64,000 bases of DNA from Antedon mediterranea (lineage: Eukaryota > Animalia > Echinodermata): positions 5,106,101 through 5,170,100 of the forward strand of contig NC_092677.1 of assembly GCF_964355755.1 (NCBI RefSeq). The letters are read 5' to 3'. The position numbers and the translations under genes were made by a program. Of the stretch, positions 39,066 to 52,492 are shown in pieces. Position 1 is the stretch's first letter, and each line of letters opens with the position of its first letter. A model generated the notes under the pieces. The model was given only the letters and a program-made list of their open reading frames with translations. It did no database searches and was not told the DNA's origin.

Positions 39066-40713
39066 TATTGTTGCTCAAAGTGGCGATCTGGAAAGACAAA
39101 TAAATATGTACATTATATTTTATATGCTATGTTTTCCATTCTTACTCTCCCCACTCTCTATTCACCAGCCTGTGCCTTCTTTGTTATACTTCCTCCAATC
39201 CACTCTATTCATTGAGATCCTGATTTTTTTCAGTAATTTTCCTTTTGATTTAACCTTTCAATATTATTCTTGGGAAGAACGGTTTGTTTGTTGTCAGGTC
39301 AATATAAAACCCGGACTATAGACATCTGATAAGAAATTTTTTTTAAATAGGCTTTGTTTGCATGTCGCTAAGAGCAACAGCAAACACATCAAAGCAAATA
39401 GTTAATAATAATCAGCACCCTGGTTTTCCCGAATTACAAATTCATTGATCTGATAATCATAAGATTTAATACCAAACAAACCTGATATATTTTAGGTAGA
39501 GGAGGTTTCAAGTTAATAATCAACCCTGGAAAAAACCATTTCTAAAGAACAATTACATCAACTGAGCCCAAACAAACCTAGCATACTCTAGGTAGATGAG
39601 GTCTCAAGTTAATAGGAGCAATCCATATACAGCAAGTATCTGTACGATTAAAGTGTTCAGACAGCTTAATGATAGTGAGGAAACGTCTTGGCATAAAATT
39701 TGTTGAAAAGGGTAAACTAAATATAAAAATGTAATATTTAAAAAATACTGTACAGAGGTACTGTATAAATTGTTACACATATCACTAATTAATATCTTTA
39801 AAAAATTACCCTGTGATTAACTGCTTTAACAGAAGCTGGTTAATGACATAAAATAATGGATTGGACAAGGTTTGACAGCAGCATCATCAGCTGTGGACAA
39901 AGAATGTTGGCATGAAGTGACGACAACCGCACCCGCGCCACTGGACTAAGAGAGATATGTTACTATTACTATTTTGGATATACTTGCATGGTTAAAATGT
40001 AAGAGGGATTTTAATTTATGGTGTTAACTCTAACAAAACATTATCATTAAAACAAACATTAGTTTAAATATCTAATATAACACATTAAGGAAATTTACAC
40101 ACAACACAATCATTAGACAGACATGTACAAATAATTTTTTAAAGAAAAAACTGGGAAATTTGGAAAATATTAACCTCAATGCCGGTGGTTTTAAAATTGT
40201 GGATGTCGACTGTAGTATCATTACCATTTAACAAAACGGTATCACTGTGATAGCGCTAGTTGCAATCCGTCATGCGTGATTAATTAATGAATGACGTAAT
40301 AAAAATGATTGAAAGCAGCATTGCCCATGATTGTTCATGTGGGCACTTGATAACATGCCGTCCGCCATGAGAGTTATTGAATAAATAGTTGAGTTGTGTT
40401 TTAGAAAATAAACTTGTTAGTGTAGTCTTTTGTCAAGTTACCCACGTACATTTGTACAAACTTAGTGAAAAAACTATTTCATTGTCTTGTTTACCCTGTG
40501 TACAGTAGTTACTTCTTCATACATAAGGGTGCTTAGAACATATATTTCATTCACCTTAGATAATAGTAGGCTTAATGAAGACAATGTTATAGAGAAATTA
40601 CAAATATTAAAGGTCATGAATACAAAAATACAAGTTAGCTTGGGTACAGTACAAATTTTGGGGGAAAAAGTATAAGAACATTTTTTTTTGGTTTTTCTGC
40701 ATTGTCTGTTTTT

Positions 40714-43173
40714 TATACCATATAGAATGTCAGAAAAAAAATCCCTGTCCCAGGCAAAATTGTTTACGGCACTTTTAAATGTTGGCCTATATAACACACA
40801 CAAATGCCTATTAACACACACAAATACCTATATATAGGGGATAGGAAAAACCAATTCACGGTTTTTTTTACTTGGAGTTGTGTTATGATTAAAATTAGCT
40901 GAGGCTTACTTTAATAACACTTCTCATAGTAGTTGATAAATCGAGTCGATAACAATGACATTATCATGCCACAATCTAATATGGCGTCCAATTTAACGGG
41001 AAACCAACAGTTTTGAAAAATTCCATTTAACGTTAAAACGTACGAATACTACTGTATCTTAAAATTAAATGTATACACAAATCCAAACACGATTGTATTT
41101 TATTATACCTCCCAACATTAGAAAAATAGGTCGCAGATAATGCTGACTCAAATTCGCACTTCAGATGGAAAGGAACATTCACGGTAGAAGGTGTTGTTTT
41201 TGGTACCCATGTCACAATAGCAGATTCCGATCAGAGTGTTTAGAGTATGCATCAGTGTATGAGACATCCCTTTCGATAAGGAAATACCAATTATTCCTTA
41301 CACAACACCAGAGATTCCCAGTTCAACCCAATACGTGAAACATTATTATCATCACGGTTCCACCTGCAGAATTATTTAAAATTACTCTGGAACTCCGCAA
41401 AAATGATTTTGACAACAGCTTCCCCAATATACAGATGGACAAACTGGTCTGGAATTATGCATTATGTATAAAAATGAGTAATAAAATTAGTTTTAATGTG
41501 TTACAATCATTGGCCTGAATCTGGAATTAGTCTACATTGTTGTATAAGACCAAGTTGCAAAACTAAACTATCGAATATATCTGTAACATTTCTTTGATCA
41601 ACTGCTCTTCATTAAAGCTGTTAAAATCAACAACTTGCAATTTTATTTGGTGGGTTCCAAACCAATTAGTGCAATAGGAATCATAATTAAAGAAGCTTAA
41701 CATTGTAAATTGTACAATGCTGCAAAAAAGAGATCTGAACAAATTAAAATCTTGCAAAATCTACGTCCTAGAGTTCGGTTAAGCAAAAAGACACTTCACA
41801 TTGATCAGCGATTCCTTCTCAATCAGTGTTCAGAAATCTTTGTACAAATTGACAGGCAATATACATAATGGCATATAATAGGGCCAACTATCAGATAGTG
41901 GGACTCATCTATTCCTAATATGATTCATATGAATCCTATTGCACTCAAAAGTTTAAGAGTTTGTTTGTAGAGATTTTAACAACAGATTTTAATGAAGAGC
42001 AGTTGAACAAAGAAATAACTTAGTTAGTAACTTGGTTTTGTACCTATGACAATGAGTAAATGGGGGTTAAATCACTATAGGATTCAGGTAAAAGTTTGGA
42101 CAATCTCTGGTGTTATGCAAGGAATAATTATCAAAAGTGATGTCTCTTTTAATATAATGATCCTTTCCAAAAGTTTAACACCCTGGTCGGTAATTTGCCG
42201 TCTATTTTTAGGTGGATAGCAAGAAACAACACCCATGAAATGTTCCGGTTCCGTCTGAGAAATGAATATAGGTGAATCTGCATTATCCATAGGCTGATCC
42301 AGAGAGAGATAAAAAAATTACGACATAGGCCTATGTTAAATTCAGCACTTCATTTTACAATTTTTAAGCCCTCACAAATCCTTCTCCGCTCCAACCCAAA
42401 CCCGCTAATCAAAATCTTGGATCCGCCACCCTAATGTTGGGAAGACTGGGGGAGGGGGACAATTACTGTAAGTAAGTAGATGTACATTTATGTGGATTCG
42501 TGTTTTGTTTTAAGATAGTATGTCTATGGTACATTGTATGGACAAAAAATGTTTTTTTTTCCCGCCAAATTGGATTCTGGCATGATGATGTCATCGTATA
42601 TCGACTCGATCCATCAACTACTATGAGAAGTAGTTATTAAAGTAAGCCTCTACTAATTTTAATCATTAAAAGAAAACAAGTAACAAAAACCGTTAAATGG
42701 TTTTTGCTATCCCCTATATATAGGTATTTGTGTGTGTTATAGGCCAAAAATTATCTGCGACCTATTTTTCTAATGTTGGGAGGTATAATAAAATACAATC
42801 GCCTTTGGATTTGTGTATACATTTAATTTTAAGATACAGTAGTATTCGTACATTTTAACGTTAAATGGAATTTTCAAAACTGTTGTTTTCCCGCCATATT
42901 GGATTCTGGCATGATAATGTCATTGTTATCGACTATATTTATCAACTACTATGAGAAGTGTTATTAAAGTAAGCCTCAGCTAATTTTAATCATCATAACA
43001 AAACTCCAAGTCAAAAAAACCGTGAATTGGTTTTCCCTATCCCCTATATATAGGTATTTGTGTGTGTTAATAGGCATTTGTGTGTGTTATATAGGCCAAA
43101 ATTTAAAAGTTCCGTAAACAATTTTGCTTAAGACCCTGGAATGGGGATTTTTTTTGACATTCTATATGGTATA
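40714..43173. mobile_element. Non-autonomous DNA transposon with ~430-bp terminal inverted repeats
   Basis: 40714-41140 is the reverse complement of about 42751-43173. Ends are TATACCATATAGAATGTC...GACATTCTATATGGTATA (TA-flanked). An extra partial TIR copy lies at about 42555-42748. Confidence 0.75.
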
Positions 43174-43760
43174 CTCTATCCGCAAATGTGTATATTAACT
43201 GTTCTGCACCCAGGCTAAGTGTGTTAAAAAGATCTTATAAAAATATGAATAAACACCGAACATACAGTAGACAAAAATATTTAAAAAAATATATCGTGAA
43301 CATATAAAAATATAAAAAATATATATATAGCAGTATATACAAAATTTAAAAATGCAGCGTTACATATAGGTTATGACAACTTACATTTCCAATCTATCTT
43401 TTAACATTTGTGTTATATAAATGGCAAGAATTTAGAACAAATGACTTTCGAAGACCATCATGATCTCTTCTTAGTGGACGTAGCCCGACACCGATCTGTT
43501 TAAAACATAGTACTTATTTAGTAGGTGTGTGTGGTCATTCATAATTTTTACTACTTTATGTAATACTCTTTACAGAAGAAGTAGTATACATACCTGAAAA
43601 CTTATTTCTACAAACAGCAGCACTACAGTGTGAACAACTAACTGGTCAAACGAAAAGGTGTCTTCATAAATAATTACTGTGAAAAGTAAATCAAAGAGCT
43701 GAATTAGGCTGGACAGATAGAAAAAATAAAATTAAAATTGTTCAATATAAATATATAATA

Positions 43761-43796
43761 ACACGACATGTTTCGGGCATAACCCATCGTCAAGTT
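43761..43796 (-). ncRNA. Minimal Penelope-type hammerhead ribozyme motif (variant core)
   Basis: Minus strand reads AC-TTGACGA-T-GGG-TTATG-CCC-GAAA-CATG-TC-GT. The core has U instead of C at the first position. Confidence 0.45.
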
Positions 43797-44212
43797 AAGA
43801 GAACTGTAACAAAGGATAATACATATCAGTCACAATTTTGTGAAAAGGTGTTATCTTTATGTGTGTACTGCACATGCGTGAGGTCAGCTTTTTAACAAAC
43901 CAATAAAAACGGGCTTGACTATATTTACAAAATGGTTTTATCAAGATTGGTGCGATAGCATTGTACTTTACACTTTGTGTGGGTGTACACAAAGTAGGTA
44001 GGTAAAGAAATAATATAATAGGTCTGTTTTACCGTACAAAGAAAATGACTGAAACTGAACATAAATTTGGGTCTCAATTGTACAAACTTTCAAGTTTCAA
44101 AGTTTATGACATCATTTTTAAACTTGTCAACAACAAAAGAGTGGTTGATCAGTACGAATCAAATACATGCGGTAGGCCTAAGTTTTCAATTTTAGTTAGC
44201 AAAATATATGGT

Positions 44213-44412
44213 GATACTTTCCCCATCCTTATCTGGGTTGCAGGGACTTGATGATATGCTGTGAGGAATATGCGTCTAATCATGATATCATATACAATTC
44301 AAAAAAATCTGTATGCATGTTATTTCAGCCAAAACGACGCAATTGTGATCCTGAAGTATTTTTATGTAATAATCAACTTGAATTTGTTACCTCAGTGAAG
44401 TACCTTGGACAC
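44213..44412 (+). pseudogene. Short LINE reverse-transcriptase relic
   Basis: PSLSGLQ.../ICCEEYASNHDIIYNSKKSVCMLF...LEFVTSVKYLGH matches the post-YADD region of CR1/L2-group RTs. A second, deleted copy is at about 47247-47400. Confidence 0.6.
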
Positions 44413-47400
44413 ACACATACCTTTAAAATGTCATAATTGTCAAAATTCATTATCTTTACATATATTCACATACACAAGTAACATAATCAAAGTTTTTGGC
44501 CTATATATTTTCTCTTTTAAAAAAAAAAACAGTTTTCTAGCATTAGACTATATTTATTTGTCTATTTTGAAACTGCTTTCTAGCATTTCTTACACATTTC
44601 TTTTCCCCATGTTTTTATTTATTTATTTATTTCAGTTGAGTTTTAGTATTTTAAATCTTCAGTTGGATATTGTGATTGTAAATTTGGATTTATTTATACA
44701 GAAAAATGTTATATATTGTTAATGTTTTATATTGTAGCATTTTACTGACTAAATATGGAAACAAAAGTTTATGTTATGATAAAAATAATATAATATAATA
44801 TTGACAAATTCAAAAGATATATTTGTTAGAATTGTGTATTCTGAATCTAAATTAGCTGTTTATAGCTATACAGTAGTTGATGGTAAACAGTGTGACTGTC
44901 TGTTTATGATGGGATGTATTATTTTTGGTTCATTGTGTAATACAATGATGTAACAGATACTGTAATCAACTAATTACATGCCCTAAAATTGATGAAAGAG
45001 CACAAACATTTTGTGGTAGCAATCTTTTACCGTCAATAAATGTGGTCAAAGGTCACTCAACAAAGAGTTCAGTAAAGTACTTTTAGAATTCTTATGTAAT
45101 CAATCAGGCCGTCAAACAGCAAAATTGGTATTCTTCATTGAATGTATACTCTCTAGTTGAGTTGTTATTTAATAATTGTGAATTTACCAAAAGGCACAAA
45201 AAAAGTTGGCTATTCAGTCTCCCACTATTTAGATTACAATAGGAGCATAACAATGTTTAATTACATTACAGTGTATTGACCGAATATGTTTAATATAGTG
45301 GCTATTCATTTTTAATTGGTAAGGAAATAATATAAAGTAAATTTCATACTTGAAAATTACTTAAATTGTTGCATCTACACCAAACTTGTTATGGGTCTGT
45401 TTTACCGTACAAAGAAAATGACTTATTAAACTGAACTTAAATTTGGATCTCAATGGTACAAACTTTTAAGTTTCTTTAGGCAATTCTATTTTATCGATTC
45501 TTTTATCTCCATCATCAAAATATATACAGTATCTATTTTGATGAATACATTTAGTCTTACTTTTCCTGTTCTATTTGTTGAGGTTTTGAACGAATGAATC
45601 AACTAAAATAACTGGAATCAATGGGTTAATTAAATTATTTTTACATTTTTAGAACATTAACTTGCTTTGAAAAATAACTTACCTTTTGGTTGGGTACATT
45701 TAATGCTAGATTTTCTTCTTCATTTTTTGTAGGACACTTTCTTGAAAGGAAAAGTTGACCACCCCTGTGATAATATACGTAAGAAGAAAAATAATTATTG
45801 ATAATAAGAATTCTGTAATTGGTTCCCAACATATTTGCAATTATTTGATGTTTTATTATGTCAACACTGCATTTTCCCTCTTTATCTCTCTGGTTATTTT
45901 AATAAATACTGTATTATATTTATTTTATTTCCAATTTGTTGTTCCACTCAACTTTTGAGTATTCACATGGTGAAATAACACGCCTATTTCATTGTCTTCT
46001 TTACCCTGTGTAGTTACTACTTTCTGATATCATACACAAGGGTGCTTACAACCTATATTTCATTTATTTCTTTTTTCACAATATTTCTTTCATAAGTCGC
46101 TATTGATAGTGGTTTTAGCTTACCTTTGGCCATATCATTGTTAGGTGAGTTTTTCTTATCATTTACTATCTGGTTACTAGTTCCTATACAATATTTGTAC
46201 AGTAATAAAGTACTTGAGTACAGTCACGCTATTCACCATCAACTACGGTCAACAACCATCAACAATCATTAACAATTATCAACTATTCTCTAAAATAATC
46301 ATTACTATCATTTGTCAACTGCTATCCTGCCAACATTTCCACAACTAATTTAGATTTTAGATTGAGTATGTACAAACACGATAACACTACCTTTAAAATG
46401 TCAGGGAGCTAAGTTAATTGATCAGATATTTTCCCTCTTTGCCTAAATATCTATTGTCGGCATGCTTTAGGCCTACTATAATCTTAGAAAAAAAATTCAA
46501 ACAAACTAATTTGTATGAAAAAGAAAAACAGGCAAAGTAAGCCCAGTATACTCTGCTTTGTTTTCATCGAGATTATAATTCGTTCGATAGACGGAGCAAA
46601 GTTTATGACGTCATTTTTAAACTTGTCAACAACAACAAAAGTGGTCGATCAGTACGAATCAAATACATGCGGTAGGCCTAAGTTTTCAATTTTAGTTGCA
46701 AAATTTAAAAACATCATATTTTTTGTGAATTATATAGTATGTGTAGACTGAATTCACTTCGATTCTTCTAGATTCATTAACAAAATATATATATACATTC
46801 TCGTATGCTTCTTGTAAGGCTTTATTTAGTTGTTTTTAGTTCATCCTTTGAACTTTGCTAACCTAAAACCTAACATGGCTAATGCAGAAACCTATCAAAC
46901 ATGCCCACCAAGTCCTTGTGTACCGGGTCTGTGAGCTATATCTCAAAATAATTGTCAAACTCTGTTAATTACCATCCCCTTCGTTTACCGTTCTGCTAAA
47001 GATTCCCTATTATAACTAATAACCTACAACCAGAAATATTAAATTAAGGTGGCTATTTGCACTGTGGTCAGTACTACTATTCTAGGTACTATAGCAGGTA
47101 GCAGGGCGATACCTTTCTTTCTATTTCCACAATATTTCTTTCATAAGTCGCTATTGATAGTGTTTTTATGATTTAAATAATAACTTGAATATGTCGGCTG
47201 TATTATCTCTGATGTTAAAATAAACAATCTCAGTTATGCTGAATATGATACTTTCCCCATCCTTATCTGGGTTGCAGGGGCTTGTTGATATGCTGTGAGG
47301 AATATGCGTCTAATCATGATATCATATACAATTCAAAAAAATCTGTATGCATGTTATTTTGTCCAAAACGACGCAATGGTGATCAAGTACCTTGGTCACA

Positions 47401-48151
47401 CACATACCTTTAAAATGTCATAATTGTCAAAATTCATTATCTTTACATACATTCACATACACAAGTAACATAATCAAAGTTTTTGGCCTATATATTTTCT
47501 CTTTCTTTTAAAAAACAGTTTTCTAGCATTAGACTATATTTATTTTGAAACCGCTTTCTAGCATTTCTTTTCCCAAGTTTTTATTTATTTCATTTTTTTT
47601 TTCAGTTGAGTTTTAGCATTTTCAATCTTCAGTTGGATATTGTGATTGTAAATTTGGATTTATTTATACAGCAAAATGTTATATATTGTTAATGTTTTAT
47701 ATTGTAGAATTTTACTGACTAAATATGGAAACAAAAGTTTATGTTATGATAAAAATTAATATTGACAAATTCAAAAGATATATTTGTTATAATTGTGTAT
47801 TCTGAATCTAAATTAGTTGTTGATAAACAGTGTGACTGTCTGTTTATGATGGGATGTATTATTTTTGGTTCATTGTGTAATACAATGATGTAATGATACT
47901 GTAATCAACTAATTACATGCCCTAACATTGATGAAAGAGCACAAACATATTTTGTGGTAGCAATCTTTTACTGTCAATAAATGTGGTCAAAGGTCACTCA
48001 ACAAAGAGTTCAGTGAAGTACTTTTAGAATTCTTATGTAATCAATCAGGTCGTCAAACAGCAAAATTGGTATTCTTCATTCAATTTATACTCTCTAGTTG
48101 AGTTGTCATTTAATAATTGTGAATTTACCAAAAGGCACAAAAAAAGTTAGC
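44213..48151. repeat. Direct segmental duplication (~44213-45211 vs ~47247-48151) plus shorter duplicated fragments
   Basis: Long colinear near-identity. Shorter pairs: 44020-44095/45392-45472, 44098-44200/46598-46697 and 46077-46112/47128-47163. Confidence 0.85.
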
Positions 48152-49849
48152 TTGATTTTGTGAGTTCCTATATTGAGAAATTTCTATTCAAATTTTGTCA
48201 CATATACACACTTGTAAAAGTAATTATTAATTGATGTAAAACAATTTGAAATAGTATCAATATGGGGGATTATGGGGATTGTTCTTACTTAAGAGGTAAT
48301 TTTTTATTTAAAAAGTGAAAAGTTTATTCCGTAAAGTAATAGTAGTATTAGTCTATAGGGAATATAGGCGCACACTGACAATGAAATATAAAATGGTTCA
48401 GGACCCCAACAAACTACACATAATACCACTAGCCACTAGTAGCATATTTAGAATCAATTTCTTTTTCATTTAGAAACATTTATTAAACAACCAAACAGTT
48501 ATTATCAACAGTAGAATAGGCACTGTGTTCATTCATGCATGGAATTCCCCCAAAATGTAGTGCCACAGGGGATTTTATTTTCCGTTCCGGAGTTCCTCCA
48601 TCGGTTTGTTTCGGACACGATCGAATCTTCGGTAAAGCTGCTCATCAATGCGTGACAATGTATCCACAATCACAATTTATATTTTTTTTATTCCTACACA
48701 CATCCATAGTCAATTGACCTGTGACGTCACAGCAATTTACGGCGATGGCTTTACGGCGAGCGTGTGCGGCAATATCTTTAATCTCGCGATTGTTCTGAAA
48801 TCATATGTACATCCCTAATACGTTGTAAAAATATGGTCCTCATCAAGTTGTCCTTTAAAAAGTAGGGTAAAAACAAACACGTTTTTTTCATGTGCGACAA
48901 ATTTTTTAAAACAAAAAACTCCTCAATCTAAGGTTTAGATACTAATATTTATGAATCAAGTAAAAACGAATTGGGGAAATTCTTTTGCGCTCCGTGCCAG
49001 AGCCACAAAGTTCTAAGAAATTCAAAGATCTTATTTATCCATGGCAAGATCAATAAGATGTACCTATTGTTCTCTATCTAGAGCTTTAAGCCAACCTTTT
49101 GCAACGAGAAACAAACTTTAAAGGTAAACTGAAAGGTCCTGAATATTTTTGAATTACATTTTATTATAAACACAAACTAAAAATAAATTGCTGGTCAAAT
49201 TTAAAAAACTAACCCATATAAGAAATTAAGCGATTACTATCTGAGCTCAACATTATAACTTGCTTAGCTTCATCAAGCCTGTTATGTTTTCCAGTAGGTT
49301 AATTTTTTGAGTAAATTGAACATTTTCGCATATACGCATGTGCAGTTTCATTTTTATAAACAAAGTTTTCCATTATTGCATGTGCTGAGTATATGTGGAA
49401 ATGTTCGATTTGCGTGAACAAATTCACCTAGTTGAAAACAGGCTTTATTTATTTATTAAACTTTGTAGCTCTAAGTAGCTCTAACAGCTGTACAGCTGAC
49501 TTGAAGAGGCCCTCTAACCTTTCCCATATATTAAATTGTTATTTCAATTCAATTCAAAATTAACATTTATTTCCAAAATGGTGGCGTCAACAATAAAGCA
49601 AAAGCTTGTGTCAGGGACGCCAAAACAAAACAAAACAAAAGCAAACAAAACATATATATACAACACAGAAATGAAAATAACAATAAGACATTTTGTATGT
49701 TTTCAAATTATGCTACAATTCTCATCGAAACAGTTTTATTGCGCTTTATGGTTATATCTGTTGTGGTATCAAGTTCGAGAGAAGTACAAATTTCTTGCAA
49801 CATTGGCAAAGAGAGTCTGGAGAGTTGTTCTTGACCTTTTAATTCACAA

Positions 49850-50199
49850 ATTACTTTCAAATGTTACCCTTCCAGCTGTATATTTCCTGCCTTCCTTCAA
49901 CTTTCACTTCACATACAGTATGTACTCTCCTGCATCTTCAGATCTAATGTTTCAGATCTTAAGATACACCTTATCCTTAATAATATATGCACATTGATAG
50001 GGATTGACTGAGAATGATTTTAAACTTTCATGTGAGGTTACCGATGTCAGGAACCTATTTGCTTCTCCTCCAGTATGCATATACCACTTGATATCATATA
50101 TTATAGCTGAATCATCAAAATATGTTATATTTAAAAGCAATTCAACAAATTGTCGTCCCACATTAGTAGTAACATCAGCAAGCTCCATTTTGAGAGCAG
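49850..50199 (-). pseudogene. Decayed terminal-type Ig exon behind gene A
   Basis: Phase-1 acceptor TTGTTTTTATAG|CT. It reads AALKMELADV...IKW...VYLKI*NIRSEDAGEY, then frameshifts to CEVKVEGRQEIY, homologous to CEVKVEGRQKIY of exon 11608-11951. There is an in-frame TGA at 49952-49954 and a 5-nt insertion within 49914-49920. Confidence 0.8.
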
Positions 50200-50715
50200 C
50201 TATAAAAACAAGAACGGAAGACAAAATTTGTTTTATTACTTTCCTTTGGCATTGCTTACATGAGAATAATTTATCAGGCCTACAACAGCGTGTGTAGAGA
50301 AGTAAACAAGGTGTTTCTGCTATGTAATAAGGAAGGAGAGTGTCAGGCTGTCCAATGCCTAAGTAGTATTATATTATCCAGACTTCTGTAGAGTTTCTGA
50401 GAGAGATATGGTGGAATCTATAGGCCATTGCTCAGTTATGATGGTTTGGATGACTGCTTAATACAGTAGGCTCCTGGCACTCATATCTATTTCTCCTTTG
50501 TAGCTTTATAAAAATATTATCTGTAATTCATAATCCCAAGTCCTGTTTGGGCTTAACTCTACAGCAATTGGATTCCCTAACTATTGTAAATGTTATGTGT
50601 ATCTAAAACATGGAAAATGATTGAAATTCTTCCAAGCACAAAACCTTGCTGTCAAATTTTGCAATCTTTCATATGAAGGATTCACAAAGGAATTGAATAT
50701 AAAGTACAAAATTAC

Positions 50716-50830
50716 CTTTCCTAACTGTTAGCTGTGTAGTATCTTCCAGCTTCTTTTCCCAAACAACTGGCTTCACTTCACATTGATACTTGCCAACATC
50801 ACCAAGTACAACATTCTTTATCTTCAAAGA
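50716..50830 (-). pseudogene. 3' third of an array-type Ig exon (truncated)
   Basis: SLKIKNVVLGDVGKYQCEVKPVVWEKKLEDTTQLTVRK-G|GTAATT. The 5' two-thirds are missing. Confidence 0.85.
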
Positions 50831-51541
50831 TAACATAAAGAAAGTTGATTTATTTTAAAATGTTAAATGCATGTGCGCATGTAACTTTTTTTGAAACACA
50901 CATGTTTACTCCACAGAAAGTTTACCCTTTATATGAATTCAGTTTTCACCAAGTGTCAATAAAATATGACTTTTGGTCAATTTAGTTTACTATCAGGTGC
51001 CTAAAACCTTGAAATAATTTCCTATTTGGATCATAATATTACAGAAGAGAAATGTTTCTTTATTTGTTGATCCAGACTGTAAAAAAGACCAACAGTCTAC
51101 TTGAGAAAGCAAACTGAATGTTTGCCAAACGTTGTTGTAAGTACCATTTTAAGTACTTTGGATCTATTGTACAGTAACAACAAATAAGAAAAATAAAAGA
51201 AAAATTTCTCTTCTTATCAGCTGCCTATCTATAGATAGCTACATCATGTTTATTAGTAAACTTTTTCATGTTTGTTACTAAGGTCCTGTGTCTTTCTGCA
51301 AAAAAATAACCAGTTATTAACCATGTGAATAAATTTAACTCTAATTTCTTGGCAGTAGAAACAGAACAAATGTGTAATACCTGGTTAAATGGCAGCCTGA
51401 AAATAACGGTTAAAAACACTCAATTAATTTGTTGTTAGAACGCCATTGAACCGGTTAAACCCAAATGGAAAGTTCATGTCAAAAAAACATTTAAATGAAA
51501 TATAAACATTTAATACATATAATTTTACAATGTATTTTAAT

Positions 51542-52492
51542 ATTACATAGCCTATGTAAATACGTGAACGTGATTGGTTGAAACTGCATCACATGACAAC
51601 CACTGCGAGGATCGTAAATCGTATATATCCTCGAGAACGATGATATTGACTGAGTAATTTTCGCGTAATTATCGTGTCCCTGTCATTAATCATATAAATT
51701 CTCGAGTTCGATGATATTGACTGTGTAATTTTCGTGTGGCAACACTCACGTTAAACAAAAGTCATCTACTGGATCTTGAACCTGCGATGGAATGCGGTGG
51801 AATTGTCACCTCCATCAAGAGACAACGCTTCACGCACTGCGCCACGGAACTTGCTTGAAGAAAATCAACTAAAATATTTAAACTATGCATACATAGCGCC
51901 CTCATTTGTTATTAGTCCTCCCTAGATGTGATGAAAGATCATTTGTGATTGGTTAATACTCACAGTAGTAACCGGTACGCGCGCGACGCACGATACTCGC
52001 AACTGAACATCCGGTGATTCGGCTCGAAGGAAGAAGACGAATTGTTATTTATTCGGCCTATGATAATATTATTATTATTAATGTAGGCTTATTGATGGAA
52101 ATTCTTCTGTTATTATTTAAACGACCTAGGCTAGTGAATATTTTATTGCCAAGGAATCATTAATTAGTAATTATCTGTATATTATTCTTCACAAGGTAAG
52201 GTGTCTAGGCAGCTTGTTTACATACAATACAACAAGGAGGCTTAGATAGCCTAGCCTAGCTTCACCCGACCCAGCAGACTTGTTCTTGGCTATGTAATAT
52301 AACAGATATCGCCTTTTATATCGGTAAAATATAAGATTTAACATCCCCTCGGGATGATATTATGTTCTCGGGGAATTATATATATCCCTCAGCTGCCGCT
52401 TCGGGATATATATATTCCCTCGAACATAATATCATTCCCTCGGGGATGTCAAATCTTATATTTCACCTCTAAGCAGGCAATATCTGTATAAT
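51542..52492. mobile_element. Unclassified repeat with short inverted repeats and a ~190-bp imperfect terminal hairpin
   Basis: TTACATAGCC (51542) and GGCTATGTAA (52288) form an inverted pair, followed by a palindrome at about 52297-52492. A tRNA-like head is embedded at about 51770-51848. Confidence 0.5.

Noticed and set aside
38212-39321. Plus-strand ORFs overlapping the kinase exons (also 58513-59301)
   Set aside because: Antisense to clearly conserved kinase sequence, with no independent support.
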